NCBI RefSeq assembly: GCF_018977255.1
Contig: NW_024704742.1
Location: 19,656,001 to 19,720,000 of the forward strand
DNA length: 64,000 nt
From: Callorhinchus milii
Lineage: Eukaryota
Direction: 5' to 3'
Under the pieces are notes generated by a model. It was not told where the DNA came from and made no database searches. It saw only the letters and a program-made list of their open reading frames with translations. The position numbers were made by a program, and so were the translations under genes. Below, piece by piece: positions 11,178 to 25,433 of the stretch (position 1 is the first letter of the stretch; each line of letters opens with the position of its first letter).

Positions 11178-12139
11178 GTAAACTGAATATATTTTGTTGC
11201 TTGTACGACTTTTAGATCAAGGTTATGGTGCAGTGTTCTTGTTCCATTCTGCACTTACTGATTTCCAAACCAAACTGCTGAGAGTGCCACATATTCTTGA
11301 AAAATTCCTTTGTCTCAAATGGAGTGAGCATTCTCTCCTCAGAAGGACACACCCTGCTCATCCAATCTAGCAAAGTATTGGCCCCAGGTTGGCAAGATCC
11401 AAAGAACTCAAAATGTGTGTTGGGATACTGCTAGAGGTAAACATGGTAAAAACACATTGCTGACAGTGTGTGCAAGCTTCCTGTTGTGTGTCTAGTTCGG
11501 ATCACCCATTAGCGTTTTGTTTGCAGTGTTAGAGAGCCGAGTGGAGAGTATTCCTTACCATAGTAACATACCAGAGAATACAGATAGGATTTTAGAATTT
11601 GCACTTCATCAACATCAGTGTTGTCCCTTTTATAGCTGATACTAATTCAGATCAGAAATGCATTCGGGACTTAAACTCAGATTACGGAGTTGGTTCCAAT
11701 ATAAATGGTTCGCCTCATCCCAGGCATAATTTTATAATGTCCAGTAACGTGTTGGCCTGCCCTTTCACTGCTCGTGCAAAATGATTGCTGCAAGTGGTGC
11801 CCCAGGCATTCGTTCGACTCACAGGAGATGGATAGAGTGGTAGCAAAGAGATTTTAGCTAACTGGCGTGAGTGGTTTCTCATTGAATTGACAGGAGTCTT
11901 ACAGCCAGTGCTTTGTTTAACCTAATGAAAATAAAACTAATGACAATGTCATTATAATCTAATATAATTATAATATAATTATAATCTAGAATTAATCTGT
12001 TCCGAGTCGCACTCAATTCTATGGATTTTAAAAAAGGCAAAGAGAAAATGTACCAGAGAACCCCGTTCCCCTCCCCCCCTTCATATAGCATTGCCTCGCT
12101 TAATAGAGCTTGTATCCTGTGGCCCCATGGACTGGAAGC

Positions 12140-12727
12140 ACGATCCTGTAGTGTGGTGGTTACAGCACTCATCTCGCAAGCGAGAGGACTGGGTTCGATT
12201 CCCAGGCAGGGTGAAACCTTAAGCAAGTTTCTTAACTCCACACGCTTCTGTTTACCTAGCAGTAAGTAGGAACCGGTTATTAGTCGATTGGTGGATTGTT
12301 TTTCCGGAGGTAATAATCCTTTCAAAAAATATGTGTGTATATATATATATATACATACATGTTTGGTCACTCAATCTAAGATTGTTTGTGGGACAACAAC
12401 AACAACTTGAATTTATATAGCGCCCTTCATGCTGGCCAGCGTCTCAGAGCGCTTCACAGTAACGGATCCCAGGGATGAGCCAGGGGGAGGGGGAGGAAGG
12501 TGACCAAAGGTGCGGTCAAAAAGAAACGTCTTCAGCCGAGACCTGAAAATAGGAAGAGAGGGGGCGAGGCGAAGGGAATGAGGAAAGGACCTGCTGTGCG
12601 CAATTGGCTGCTGCGTTTTGCCCAACAAAAAATACAGTCAATTCACTTTACAGTACATTCTGTGAAGCGCTTTGAGACGTCTCAACGATGTGATACAGTG
12701 CTATATCAAATGTAATGATTATTATTA
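12140..12727 (+). mobile_element. tRNA SINE interrupted by an antisense L2 3' end (12395-12586)
   Basis: SINE sequence gtttgtgggac|ctgctgtgcgcaattggc is split by a (AAC)n-headed L2 fragment. Confidence 0.8.
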
Positions 12728-13219
12728 CGCCCTGCTATCATTGCTAATTAGCTAGCTGGGGTTCTTCTGCGCTTTGCAAAACAGCTGCAAATGTCATTTC
12801 CAGTAACAGCTGTTATTAGGAGATTGTAGATCTCTGTTAAAACATACTTAGATCAGACACTCAATAACATATTTTCTTTGGTTCTCTTTCTCAAGTGTGC
12901 TAAGAGGGCAGGTAGGTCACCTGCTCAGTATTGCTAGGAATTTAGCTGCTGGGAGTGTTTTTTCCACCTGTAGTTTTCTGTTCTTTCCTTTCTTTTTAGT
13001 GCTTTGTGTGACTGATTTCTAGTTTACTGTATTGAGTGTTGGTCATGGTTGTAAATCCGCATCCTATCATTATCATGTATAGCAAGGTCCAACACACTAC
13101 GCCGATCAGATTACGTTGTCTAGTTTGTCCCCAGCTTCTGTTTACCATGAGGTAGTTTAGTGGAACAAGGTCATGTTGTTGTGTAACCTGGAGTGTATGC
13201 TTTCTCTGGTTCTCTGCAG

Positions 13220-13338
13220 GTCTTCCCATGAACAATCATGGAAATTACATTGTGCGTTTGGGTCATTTTGTGAGATGGTTGGGAGAGCAAGCAGAGCAAC
13301 TCGGTGTGGAATTGTACTCGGGCTATGCAGCATCGGAG
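13220..13338 (+). CDS. ETFDH: ETFDH exon 5
   Basis: [39 protein letters not shown], 119 nt. Confidence 0.96.
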
Positions 13339-14291
13339 GTAAAATAATACCACATTGGCTCATTGCAACATGCTTCATTAAAGCACAGATTTGCTTATAA
13401 CACAATTGCACTGTGGCCCCTATTCACTACCTCACAACCCCCCACCCCCCCTCCCGGTTTACCAACTGGCTATTCAATCTTAAATGAACAAACTACAGTA
13501 CATTTGATTGAGAAGTCAGCCATTTTACCTTCTCGTACAAAAAGAGCCAATTTCTTTCATCAGGTCACCGCCAAGGTCATTTCCTGCGTTGCACATGTGC
13601 AGAAAACTAGATGTTGCGTTTGCGGTGATCCGGAAATCAGACAGTTTGTTTTTTTAGTGTAGGAACTGCCAGTGTACTGGGTGATAGTCCCTGTGCAGCA
13701 TCATGGATGCATGGTTAAACCTACTGTCAAACTCCCTATAATACAGGTTGGGATTTTATGGTTTTCAAATTGTAATGGGGCTTCACTGCATTTCAGCTTT
13801 TCTTCTTTTGCATTACTTTTTATGGTGTTTCCCATCAGACACCAAATAATCAAACCACAGAATTTTCAAGTGTATTCTCAGAAGTGCAGTTGTTCCAATA
13901 ACAAACTGAAGTCTCATCTACCTGTTCCAGTGGGGCTTGAAGATCCCATGGCACTGTTCTGAAAGAGAAGGGAGTTTCTCCCAGTGCTCTAGCCGACAAT
14001 CCCCCAGATAATATTGGTTATTCTTTAATGGCTGTTTGTGGGATGTAACTGTATGCAAATTGGCTGCTGTGTTTGCCTACAAAATACTCGTGACCACATT
14101 TTACAGTAAATGCTGTGCAGCTTTTGAGACGGCCACTTGATGTAAAAGTTACTATATCAAATGCAAGGATCATTATTGTTATTTTTAACAATTTCAAATG
14201 TACATTTTTATTTTCAAAAGGCAGTGCATATTGTATGAAATGGACATCTGTGTTCTGGTGGTTGAAATAATAACTTTTTATAATTTTCCAG

Positions 14292-14369
14292 GTATTGTTC
14301 CACAAAGATGGGAGTGTTAAAGGAATTGCCACCAACGATGTTGGTATTCATAAAGATGGATCACCAAAG
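14292..14369 (+). CDS. ETFDH: ETFDH exon 6
   Basis: [26 protein letters not shown], 78 nt. Confidence 0.96.
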
Positions 14370-16037
14370 GTGAAACAGTTGTTTTGATTTATGTTGATTT
14401 ATGTTCATTGTGTTGATATATCGTGGGGTCATGGAGTGTCATACTTTCAATCCACCTATAGTGACATAGATTTCTTTCATTAAGTTTTAGGTTTGTTTTC
14501 AAGTGACCCATCTGTACTCTGAACTGCTTTCTTTTTGAAGGAAAATTGTAAACTAATCCTTAATCTCAGTCAAGTGAACTAGGTATCGCTTTACAGCCTG
14601 TGAAATGTCCGTGTTTTTCTGGCAATTCATTATGTGAAAATTTATGTTGGCAATTTTAGTGAATGACATATTTTAAAGCTACAAAGAGAAACTTAAAATC
14701 CCAGTGTAATCATAGTAATCCTTTAGAATTTTAAAGGCCTTAAAAGCATGGTTGAAGAGATACATTTTGAAAGATGCTTTGAATAAGGTGAGGGAGTGAA
14801 TGAATCAGGGATTCTGGGATGGCATTCCAAAAAGCGTGAATCCACCATTAAGGAAATGAAATTTAACATGGTCATGGTCTTGGAAACAATTAGAATAAGT
14901 TTATTGTGTTTAAGTACAAATGCCATGCTCCCTATATAAAAAAGTAGCATCTTTTTTTACAGGGAGAGAGCGCTGCATTATTTCCATTGCAATGCTGCCA
15001 CACACAATGTAATGTTTTATGAGCTTTCAATCCATCATCTTTTTGCAAACCTTTTTGTTTCAGTCCAAATATTCTTTTCACAAAAATGGAGCCTTTGTAA
15101 ACTGAAAATAAGCCTAGCAAATGTTCTGCAATGAAATGTCAACTGCTTCGGCATTGCTTGCAGGTGTAGTCAACGTTCAACCTTCTAGTTTCTAGTCGCT
15201 CCTTTGTTCGTCAAGAACCGCTTCCTGGTATCAGGATTTAGAAGCGAGCTGTGTTCATTCGGCATAGCAATGCACAAAGTACTTTTAGTTGAACTGTGAA
15301 TTTAAAGCAAAAACTAAAAACAAGATTACATTAGCAACACCAAATATTTAGCCAATATTTGCCTAGGTTTAAGAGCAACTTGTAAAAAAGCATTATTTTA
15401 TTACATGCAAATGTAAATGAGATAAATTAAAGTCCATCTTCTACCCATGGATAAGTGAAGTATGTTGATAAACTGTGGCAATGTCAATGTAATTTTACAG
15501 GGAATTAAAATATTTAGGACATTGGGGTAATTGCAGAATTTTTTCCCTTGGCTGTGGGGTATTTTTGAACCAGGGGGCAATCCTGGTAGCGAGGGAGAAG
15601 CATTCACTTTACTGCATCCACTTGTGACACTTACCTATGATAAACATTGAGTATCTCTACGTTGATATGCAATTTAAATAGTGTACACTGAAAGTGTACT
15701 TAAAATACAGGCTTGTAGAACAAATCAAAGCACAAATGTTAGTTGTGTTATTTTGGTATGTGGGTCAAAAATAGTCAGGCCTATAGTATTTAGTTAAAAT
15801 ACTTTTCATTTTAAATGTGCATTTTGTACTTTGAATTTATAAGGTGATTGTTTGGATTAAATATGGTTTTTCAAACATTAAATAACTTTTTTCATGTAGA
15901 AGTGTAAAATGTAAGGAACTTCATTCTTCCATTATCGTGTGTTCTACTGAGTGCTTTTCTCCTATTTGGTTCATAAACGGAGTACTCTATATTACTCTGT
16001 AAACAACTGGAAACTCTCTGCCCTCTTTTTTGCAAAG

Positions 16038-16184
16038 AATACATTTGAAAGAGGAATGGAGCTTCATGCGAAAGTCACACTATTTGGTGAAGGTTGCCAC
16101 GGGCATCTTGCCAAGCAGTTATACAGACAGTTCAATCTAAGAGAGAAATGCGAAACACAGACCTACGCAATAGGATTAAAAGAG
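16038..16184 (+). CDS. ETFDH: ETFDH exon 7
   Basis: [36 protein letters not shown], 147 nt. Confidence 0.96.
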
Positions 16185-17493
16185 GTAAGTGCATGTTGAA
16201 ATGCCCTTAGCAGCACTGTTGATGTGCCAGTTCAAATCAGTGAAATGTGGATAATCGTTACTACTAGTAACCGCTTGGCACAGGGCTTCTTCAATTAAAG
16301 CTGTCCTACGTGTTACAGCTCTGGTTTGCAGGGTTGTTATCAACTGTGTTTGATGAGCCAGACAGATGGTCAATCACCAACACTGCCTGACAGGACTATA
16401 GATGAGCTTCGCTTGTTCAGACATGGGTCCTCAGATCAGTTGTTATTGTTGAATGTGGAATAAATATAACAGCTGGGTGCATGCTACTAAGTCGCAACAG
16501 CAAGTGAGAGGTCTTGTATCTAATGACTGGATTTCAAATTATGGACAGCAAAGATGCTGATTGTGCTCTCATAAGTCATAACTGGTTTGAGGTGGGCCAC
16601 ACAGAGGCACTATTTGAGCAGATCCTTTCCAGAGAGGACTAGATTTCCAGATGCTTTTGGAGCTATAATTATTCATTAAATATAAAATAATCTCTTAGTC
16701 TATTAAAACCATCCTGTCCCTATAATATTGCATTAAGGACCTCTTGCCTAGAACTCCACTAAGCGGATCTAGTATTTTATGTTATAGGGAGGAACTACAA
16801 GAGCCAGTCTGGTGATGCCCAATTTCAGATTTCAGTCTCAATATCAATATCTCAATATATAATATAGTACAATATCTATGTAGCATATGGGCAGAATTTG
16901 TGCACATTTAGGTTCCACAAATATTTTTTGACCCCAGGAGGAAATCCTTTCTCTTTACATAGAATGTTTTGGGCACTTTGACATCCACCTAAACATTAAA
17001 TCGGGTCCACTGGTCACACTTTGCCTAAAGAATGGCAACTCTGACAATTCCACTCTTCTAATACCTTACTAGAGCGTCAGCCTGGACTAAGATGAGCTGA
17101 ATCCCAGCGTGGATGGAACTCGCTTGACCCACTGATGAGAATGTTACCAACTGGACCAAGCTGCTGCTTAATACAATGCATTTATATAGTATTCTGTTTT
17201 ACTAATCCTGAGTTGCAAGGAAATTCAAACAATATCCATTATGTAGAGCGGGAGTATTTTATAAAGGGGATGAAATAAATTATTCCATGTACCTCATGCA
17301 ATTTTGTGATCAGTATGAGAAAAACAAACCTCTTTCACAACTCTGCACGGCTATTTTGTAAATATTGGGTAGTGTATTTTGGTTCATGTAGGTCTGGAAA
17401 TCTTTTCTCCTTTCCCTCCCCCATGCAAACATTTAAGTTAATATTTAATGTTTAAGCTCTAATGTGCTTTTCTGACTTCCATTTTAATGGCAG

Positions 17494-17634
17494 CTTTGGA
17501 TTATTGATGAGCAGAAGTGGAAACCCGGCAGAGTGGAACACACTGTGGGCTGGCCTCTGGACAGACAGACATATGGTGGATCATTTCTATATCACCTAAA
17601 TGAAGGGGAGCCATTGGTGGCATTGGGCTTTGTG
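17494..17634 (+). CDS. ETFDH: ETFDH exon 8
   Basis: [29 protein letters not shown], 141 nt. Confidence 0.96.
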
Positions 17635-18688
17635 GTAAGTATTAATATTTTTCCTAATTTAAAATAACTAGATGTTAGCTGGACTTTGGTTTAATTGCTT
17701 ACTGAATAAGCTAATTAAAGATGTGAATGAAATTAATTTGTTTCTTTTAAGTAACATTGTAATGTTGTCTGGCAGGAGTAGACCAATCCATTCAACATCC
17801 GAAACGATCAATCACAACTCTTACTAACCTTAATTTGCAGAAATTTGTCTGGTTCTTTTTCTTAAGCCCTTTGATATGACTAGTTTGTTGTTTTATCACC
17901 CACGATGGTAGTTTGTCCATGCACACAAACTCGGAGTGATATGGATTGCTTTTTCACAGTGGCTGTCAGAGCAGAGAGCATAACATTTAAAGGAGAATTG
18001 CGTATACATTTGAAGTTGAAGAACATAAATGGAAAGATCAAGGAATTGGAATCAGTTAGCTCTGATGGATGAGCTGGCGTAAATAAGATTTGATGGGCTC
18101 AATGGCTCCCTTCAATGCTTTTTAAAATATTTTTAGTCCTCCCACTCTTACAGAAAAAGCGCCATTCTGCACTTTCTCCCTTTGTTCCTTATTTTGAAGC
18201 TATGACCGGCAGCACTAATCATTAAAATCTTATAAAAAATTTAAAGTGCGTGTTCCTAAATTGTATCATGTTTCACAAACAAATGTTAACAAATACATTT
18301 GTCTTTTTTTATATAGAGGTAAATAACAAGTTCAAAATTAAGTGATTATTTGATACAACTACAACCTGAAGTTTATCATTTTTCTTACAAAATGCAGAAA
18401 CATTTCTGGGACAAAGTGAAACAGGCAATGATGATTCATAGAAACAAGATAATTGACTTGATATTTCATACACTCAAAAAAAACTTTGTATCTATCTTGT
18501 AATTGCATTTTACAGCAGTTTCTTTGAAAGAACAACCATGTTCATCCGTCTTAAAATGCATTTTTTTAATGTGTAATGACTTGAATATATTCTGATGTTT
18601 GAGAATTTTGACCCAATTTTAGATTTGGATTTCTTCGTATCCATGTTTAATATTTTGGTGGTGATTATTTGGTTACTGTTTTCTACAG

Positions 18689-18832
18689 GTAGGTTTGGAT
18701 TATGCAAATCCATTCCTCAGCCCATTTAGAGAATTCCAGAGGTGGAAGCACCATCCTAGTGTGGCACCAACCTTGGAAGGTGCAAATAGAATTAGCTATG
18801 GAGCCCGTGCCCTGAATGAGGGTGGCTATCAG
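18689..18832 (+). CDS. ETFDH: ETFDH exon 9
   Basis: [35 protein letters not shown], 144 nt. Confidence 0.96.
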
Positions 18833-19171
18833 GTATGGTCAGGCATTGTACAATATCTATTGTTTTCAGATTCGCAGTGACTAAACTTCCACTCATGTCA
18901 TTGGCCATCAGTATTAGCAACTCCTCACAACATTATGTTCTGTAGTGTGATTATATTCAAGTATTTTTGGAGTCTGAACAAAGAATATAAACAGTTTCTG
19001 ACTTTACTCGCCTTACAGAATAACAGGATTGCTTACCTGCATGAGATTTTCCTGTTGTAATTCTGTCTCATTGAATTGTTATTGACGTTTGGTTGTATGA
19101 AGTCAGAGTATATGGTTTATGTTAATATTATCCATTTTCAAGCTGGTAATTGGAGAAAAATTGTTCTACAG

Positions 19172-19340
19172 TCAATACCGAAACTTTCTTTCCCTGGAGG
19201 ATTACTGATTGGTTGCAGCCCTGGATTCATGAATGTCCCTAAAATCAAAGGAACTCACACTGCCATGAAGAGTGGAATGCTGGCTGCGGAGACGATCTTT
19301 AAGAAACTGAAAGATGGAAATCACAAACCTGTGACTAAGG
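19172..19340 (+). CDS. ETFDH: ETFDH exon 10
   Basis: [40 protein letters not shown].., 169 nt. Confidence 0.96.
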
Positions 19341-19411
19341 GTAGGGAGTCCAATACCCTTCTACCCATATTTCAGATTTTTTAAATGAAAATCTTACAGC
19401 AGATAGTCTTT

Positions 19412-19630
19412 AATAATAATAATCCTTGCATTTGATATAGCGCCTTATCACGTCGTTGAGATGTCTTAAAGCCCTTCACAGAATATACTGTAAAGTGAAT
19501 TGACTGTATATTTTGTGGGTGAAACACAGCAGCCAATTGCGCACCGCAGTGACCCACAAACAGTCATGGATAGAAGTGATCAATTTTTTTTTATATTACC
19601 TCCGGAAAAGCGATCCGCCAATCGACTAAC
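19412..19630 (-). mobile_element. 5'-truncated SINE
   Basis: (AAT)n ccttgcatttgatatagcgcc..cagccaattgcgcac. Confidence 0.8.
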
Positions 19631-19939
19631 AACTTTATTTTATTCTATTCAAATTAAAATTGATTTTCCTTCAGCTGAGTCCATATGCTTTGGCAACTGT
19701 CCAATACCTCATCTAATCATATGGGAACTTGAACATGAGTGCCTGCTTTGTGAATATAAATATAAATACCTGCAGTGTTTTTATTTCCCTCCCCCTTTCT
19801 AATTGAATCCCTTCATGTCCTGAAGCCCTGACTTGTGCTGGGGTAATGTTCTATGGCTGCCTGATACAGATGTTTTTTTGTTAGCCCACGTGGGAGCTCA
19901 GACAACATAAGCATCTAAAGCATATGACCATCTTAAGCA

Positions 19940-20627
19940 TCTCAGGTTCGACCTCCAATTATCCTTCCTCCCCCACATCCAGTCCCTCACCAGCACCGCT
20001 TTCTTCCACCTCCGACGCATCGCCTGTCTCCGCCAATATCTCACCCCAAAAGCCGCCGAAACCTTGGTCCATGCCTTTGTCATGGACAAAGCTGGACTAT
20101 TCAAATGCCCTCCTCGCCAGTCTCCCCTCCCCTACCATCCATAAAATCCAGGTCACCCAGAATTCTGCCGCCCGCATTCTTACTCGTACCAAACTCCGCT
20201 CCCCGATTATCCCAGTCCTTGCCAGACTGCACTGGCTGCCTGTCCCAGAGAGGATCAATTTCAAGATCCTCACTCTTGTCTTCAAATCCCTCCACTTCTC
20301 TGCACCCCTCTACCTCTCTGATCTCCTCTCTCCTCACAACAGTGCCCCTTGCCTTCACTCCACCTCGTCCCCCGAATCCTCCGCTCCACCATCAGCGGCC
20401 GTGCTTTCAGCCACTATGCCACGAGGCTCTGGAACTCCCTTCCTCTCACCCTTCGCCTCGACCCCTCTCCCTATTTTCAGGTCTCGGCTAAAGACTTTCT
20501 TTTCGACCGCGCCTTTGGTCACCTTCTTCTCCCTCCCCCTGGCTTAGCCCTGGGATCCGTTACTGTGAAGCGCTCTGAGACGCCGTCTGGCGTGGAGGGC
20601 GTTATATAAATCCAATTTGTTGTTGTT
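19940..20627 (+). mobile_element. L2 LINE 3' fragment
   Basis: KLDYSNALLASLP..QNSAARILT..LHWLPVPERINFKIL; (TTG)n tail. Confidence 0.87.
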
Positions 20628-21167
20628 AAGCATCCAGCCAAATCGTTCAGGAGCAGCCCAGACAAGGGCACCAAGATGCATTGTAATGCCCCAACAGAAA
20701 TCAGCTAGAACAGAGACTTTGCAGAGATATTGTGCAAACAGTGTTTTTAATCATTTTAATTGAATTATCAAGTTAATTGCATCAATGAGGTCAACCACAA
20801 TTTTTTTTATTGTACACACATTTCCAATATCCAGCAGATGCCACAGCCTTATCTAATTAATTCTCCTTTCTTAACCCTACTGCATTTACCTAGTAATCAG
20901 TCAATGATGTGGGACATTGCTGTGTGCAAACTGACTGCCACATTCGCCCACAAAACATTCAGTCTCTGCACGTCACTTTGTGAAGGCTTTAGGGCGTCCT
21001 CATGACATGAAAGATGCTATACCAAATGTAAGGATTATTATTATTATTATTATCATTAAGGCAGCCCAAAGGAAGTGTGAATTTTCAACAACATTTTGAG
21101 TGGATTTTATAAAAAGTTTTCGGTAATGAAATTAAAATAATACTTTAAATATTTCTTCTGAACATAG

Positions 21168-21350
21168 GACTTCATGTACCAGAGTATGAAGTGGAACTAA
21201 GGAATAGCTGGATTTGGAAGGAACTTTATTCCGTGAGGAATATCCGGCCCTCCTGCCATGTGCTGTTTGGTGTTTATGGTGGAATGATTTATACTGGAAT
21301 ATTTTACTGGATATTTAGAGGAATGGAACCCTGGACACTGAAACATAAAG
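21168..21350 (+). CDS. ETFDH: ETFDH exon 11
   Basis: [37 protein letters not shown], 183 nt. Confidence 0.95.
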
Positions 21351-22493
21351 GTCAGGTAATGATGTTCTGTCAGAGAGTCATAGATAGTGAGTTTTAGTAG
21401 TTTATGGCTTGGCATTAAACTACACCATTATTCAGTGCTCTGCGATACTACTTTGCGTGAAGGGTGCTGTATAAATGCAAGTTCTTGTCGTTAATGAACA
21501 GAATTATTTAGAAACCAAAATGAATGCAGATGCCAGCATTTTCTTTATTGCGATGTGTGTAAGAAAATTTTTAAACTCGCCCACATTTTTCACGTGGATA
21601 GGGTTCTGAGATCCCTATAAATGAATTTCCTTAGTTTCAGTACCTTCATTTTTGTCTATTTTAACTATCCTTCTCCCTGTCCTGAAAGATATTGTTCCAC
21701 TTAAGGAGATTACCTTATGAATTTTTCATATTTGAACTTTTAGCAGAGAGTGTCCGACCTCAAAACTTCCACACTTGCACTTTCCACCATTGGTCATTGA
21801 TTAGCAATCAGGAGCATAAACTGATTATTCACCTCTCAATTTCTAGGTAAAGGCTGCTCAGGTCCACTATACAACCTTAACCACCTTAGCAGAACAAGGA
21901 TGTAACCTGTACCTTCTGGTCAATATGGTTTAGTGCTTCCGCAAAGCTGCCAGGAGAAATACGTTTTTATTTCCATAATTTATTCATTTTAAGTTTTTTT
22001 TAAAAATATTTCTTCAACATAATTTCTAGGTGACCTGCATCCATGGGACATGGTTGCATAATTCACTAAAATTAAATATCAAAATCAGAAGAGAGAACCG
22101 TCATGGTTGGTTTGGGAAATGGAAATGTCACACTGGTGAAGTATGAGATGGAGATTAGCCATTATGGGAAAGTGTAGAGGGAATACTCATTGGTAATGTT
22201 GGCAGGAATAGATGTTTTTCATCTTTTTGGACCATTTCAGTGATAGCTAAGTTTTCACAGATAAACAATGGTTCAGTTTAACCTCGTTGGTGCACAATGT
22301 TCTACTCACCATTGTTTAATGACCTTTCTGAATTTACCTAGTTTAGGTGTTATGTTAGGTAGCTAACAGACTGCATTTATGGAATGAGATCCTCATCCAT
22401 CTTTGATGACCAAGTAATATACTCCTATTGCATTATGATGTACAAACTTGTCTAGTGGACTGTTTATCTAAAAACAATGTTCTCCCATTTCAG

Positions 22494-22715
22494 GTGCTGA
22501 TCATTCTCAGCTGAAGCCAGCTAAGGACTGTACACCCATTGAGTACCCAAAGCCAGATGGAAAAATCAGCTTTGACCTTTTGTCTTCTGTGGCCCTTAGT
22601 GGGACCAATCATGAACATGATCAGCCAGCACACTTGACACTAATGGATGACAATATACCTGTAAGCAGGAACTTGGCTGAGTTTGATGGACCAGAGCAAA
22701 GGTTCTGCCCTGCAG
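22494..22715 (+). CDS. ETFDH: ETFDH exon 12
   Basis: [52 protein letters not shown], 222 nt; first [4Fe-4S] Cys. Confidence 0.96.
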
Positions 22716-24054
22716 GTTGGTTTTATTACTAATCAGATTGTGTTGTCAATTACATTCTTTCAAATATAAGGCATGATCACAAAAATTGCTGTCATATTTT
22801 AAATGATTATGGTTCTTAAATTTGAAATATCAAACTATTGTGAATAATACTAACCTTTTTTTGGTGTTTTTGTTTGAAAACTATGTATGGAATTCCATTT
22901 AGAGGATGGAAAGAGAACGAGAACAAGTTTGTTGTAAGGAAGTTAATTAACATGTGGAAAGTGTTATTTAATCTGTGACTTTGACATTTCAATTGCCCGT
23001 TAAATTCAGCTCCTTCTAATTGATTAGCACTCACTTAAATTGCAGATGTGATTCAGTCTCATGACATCCTGTGTTAGTCAGCCTTGGACTAAGTACTGAA
23101 ATATGACCCATTCTGATATAACTCTTGTGCAGAATCCACAAACTGTATATTTTGTTAAGCCCCTTCCTTTCCTAAAGTTGGTAACAAGTCATAGTGGCTA
23201 TTCACTAATGAGCCTGCAAAGTGCTGATTGGGTTTTTCTGAGCTCAGAGACCTTTCCAAATAAAGGGCACTGTATCGTTGCTTATTGTTGCAAGGTTTTG
23301 TTGCTTACCCATTAACGAAAAAGAATTGTAGCTTGATGTTGGCCAGAACTTTACCAGATGTGTTCCCCCCCCACCCCCCCACCAGCCCAGGATCTTTGTT
23401 TTTTGTGTCACAAACCATTTATAGCCAAGCTAAGTGAATAGTATGACCCACTAGTGAACCTTTGCTTCCCCCCAAAAGAAAATCACAATAAAGTGAGATT
23501 AGGAACTCATTGAAGTGGGGTTGGAATTTGCATTTCAGTACCTCAGTGTCAGTTCGTTTTAATGAATGCAAATCAGAACTGGCAAACAGTAGTATTTAGG
23601 TTAACCTCCAATCGTCTTGTTTCAGTAGACTAGAGAGAGAATTGTTTTGAATACCTCATAGCCAAAAGGAATTTTCAGAGACTTTTTTTTAAAAGTACTT
23701 GTAGAGCCAAAACAAATTCCAAAAAGAATTAAACAAGATTTGCAGTGGGTTTGTGTATTTGTGAGATTTTTCTTTCCCCGTCCCCTTGGCCGTGGCAGAC
23801 AGAACTTGTGAGGAATTCTAGAGGTGAGCCAACAACCTGCCACTTCCAAGCCATATTCTTTAGAACATGTGCTTTGAAGCTACTTATCAGGTTGGGATTT
23901 TATGAACCCCAACTACATTATAACAAGGCTCAACTGCCTTTGCCTTGAGTCTGAGGAATTACCTTGCAAACTTCTCCCTGCACGTTTTATTATTTAACTT
24001 CCACTCCCTACTCCCAAGATAATTTGTCACATGAACCATTTCTCCCCATTTTAG

Positions 24055-24218
24055 GTGTTTATGAGTTTATTCCTTTGGAAGATGACAGTGGAATGAAGTT
24101 GCAGATTAACGCTCAGAACTGTGTCCACTGCAAGACCTGTGATATTAAGGATCCCAGCCAGAATATCAACTGGGTTGTTCCAGAAGGAGGCGGAGGGCCA
24201 GCTTATAATGGAATGTAA
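24055..24218 (+). CDS. ETFDH: ETFDH exon 13 (terminal coding exon)
   Basis: [44 protein letters not shown]; the 13 exons join to 1866 nt = 621 aa + stop. Confidence 0.97.
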
Positions 24219-25433
24219 ACCACATGCTACAGTATTACTGGTATATATTGCAGCAGAATGTTAACTCATTACAAGCCTTTTACAGGAGTATTAACTGTAA
24301 ATTTGAAGTTAAATTTGCTTATTTTCTGCAATCGCTTTTTGTAAAACAAATATACCTTTCTTTCTGATCTCACCAGCTTTATATACTGTTCCCTTGGAAT
24401 TGATTCCTCCAGGAAAATAATTTTTAAAAAAACGTATCCCATGTGTTTAAATAGAACTTTGCCTAACAGCTGCTTTTCAGTCTTTCGATCAGGTGGTATC
24501 AGTACTTTGGGACATCCTCCCGATATGAAAGGCACTGTACAAATATAATTTGTTGCTGGTACGATGTGTATCTTAAGAGTTCATATTCAAATGCCACAAA
24601 GTGTGGAGACGCAGGCTATGTGAACTTATAATAGGAAAATCTATTTTCAGGAAATGTCAGCAAAGTCATTACACTTAGCGGCAAGCAGAATACCTTCTCC
24701 TGGTGCAGTTAAATTGTACCAGTGTTTTATTTTAATTGTGCATATAAAGCTTTTAATATGGTCACATCATCATTACCAAAGTCATTGCCAACAATGTACT
24801 TTATAACACTACTTATCAATGCAGAAAATCATTGTAGCATAGGAGAAAGCAAGAATTAAAAAAAAATTAACTGGTTTAAAATAGTTTGAAAATTAATTTC
24901 ACCATATTGTAGTGAATGAAACTGCTTTGTTCATTTGATTTTAAACAGGAGCTGAGTGTACACTACTGGGTAGTTTATGAAAATCTATTCTTAAAAAAAG
25001 AAAGACAGCTGCCTTAAAAATACTTCCAAATTATACTTCAAATGCATTTAATATTGAAGTATAGACTTTTTGAGAATCAGTGGTGCTTATGAAATGTGCT
25101 GAGTATCAATCTTGTCAGCAAATCATACCTAGCTATCACAGTGAAACTGGTGTGTACCTTCTACTGTTAGCATTCATACTGCATTATAATTTAACATGAA
25201 TGTAACAAAATGTGGAATGCATTATCAATGATGTACAAACCAAAATAATCTACAAGCCTCAATCAGGACCGTGAACAGACAAGATATTAGTTACGTTATT
25301 TGCTGGTCACAACTTGGGCTGGTGCAGTGCGCATATGTAAAATGTCGCTTTTGGGCCTATTCTGCTGATGATTTATAATTTTGTGGGATGATATTGAACT
25401 TTGTAAATATTAACATGTAAATTTTGTTTAAAA

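Noticed and set aside
21351..21361. Alternative ETFDH exon 11 donor (cag|gtaatg, +5 nt)
   Set aside because: Would shift the frame; the first donor gives the phase-consistent 183-nt exon
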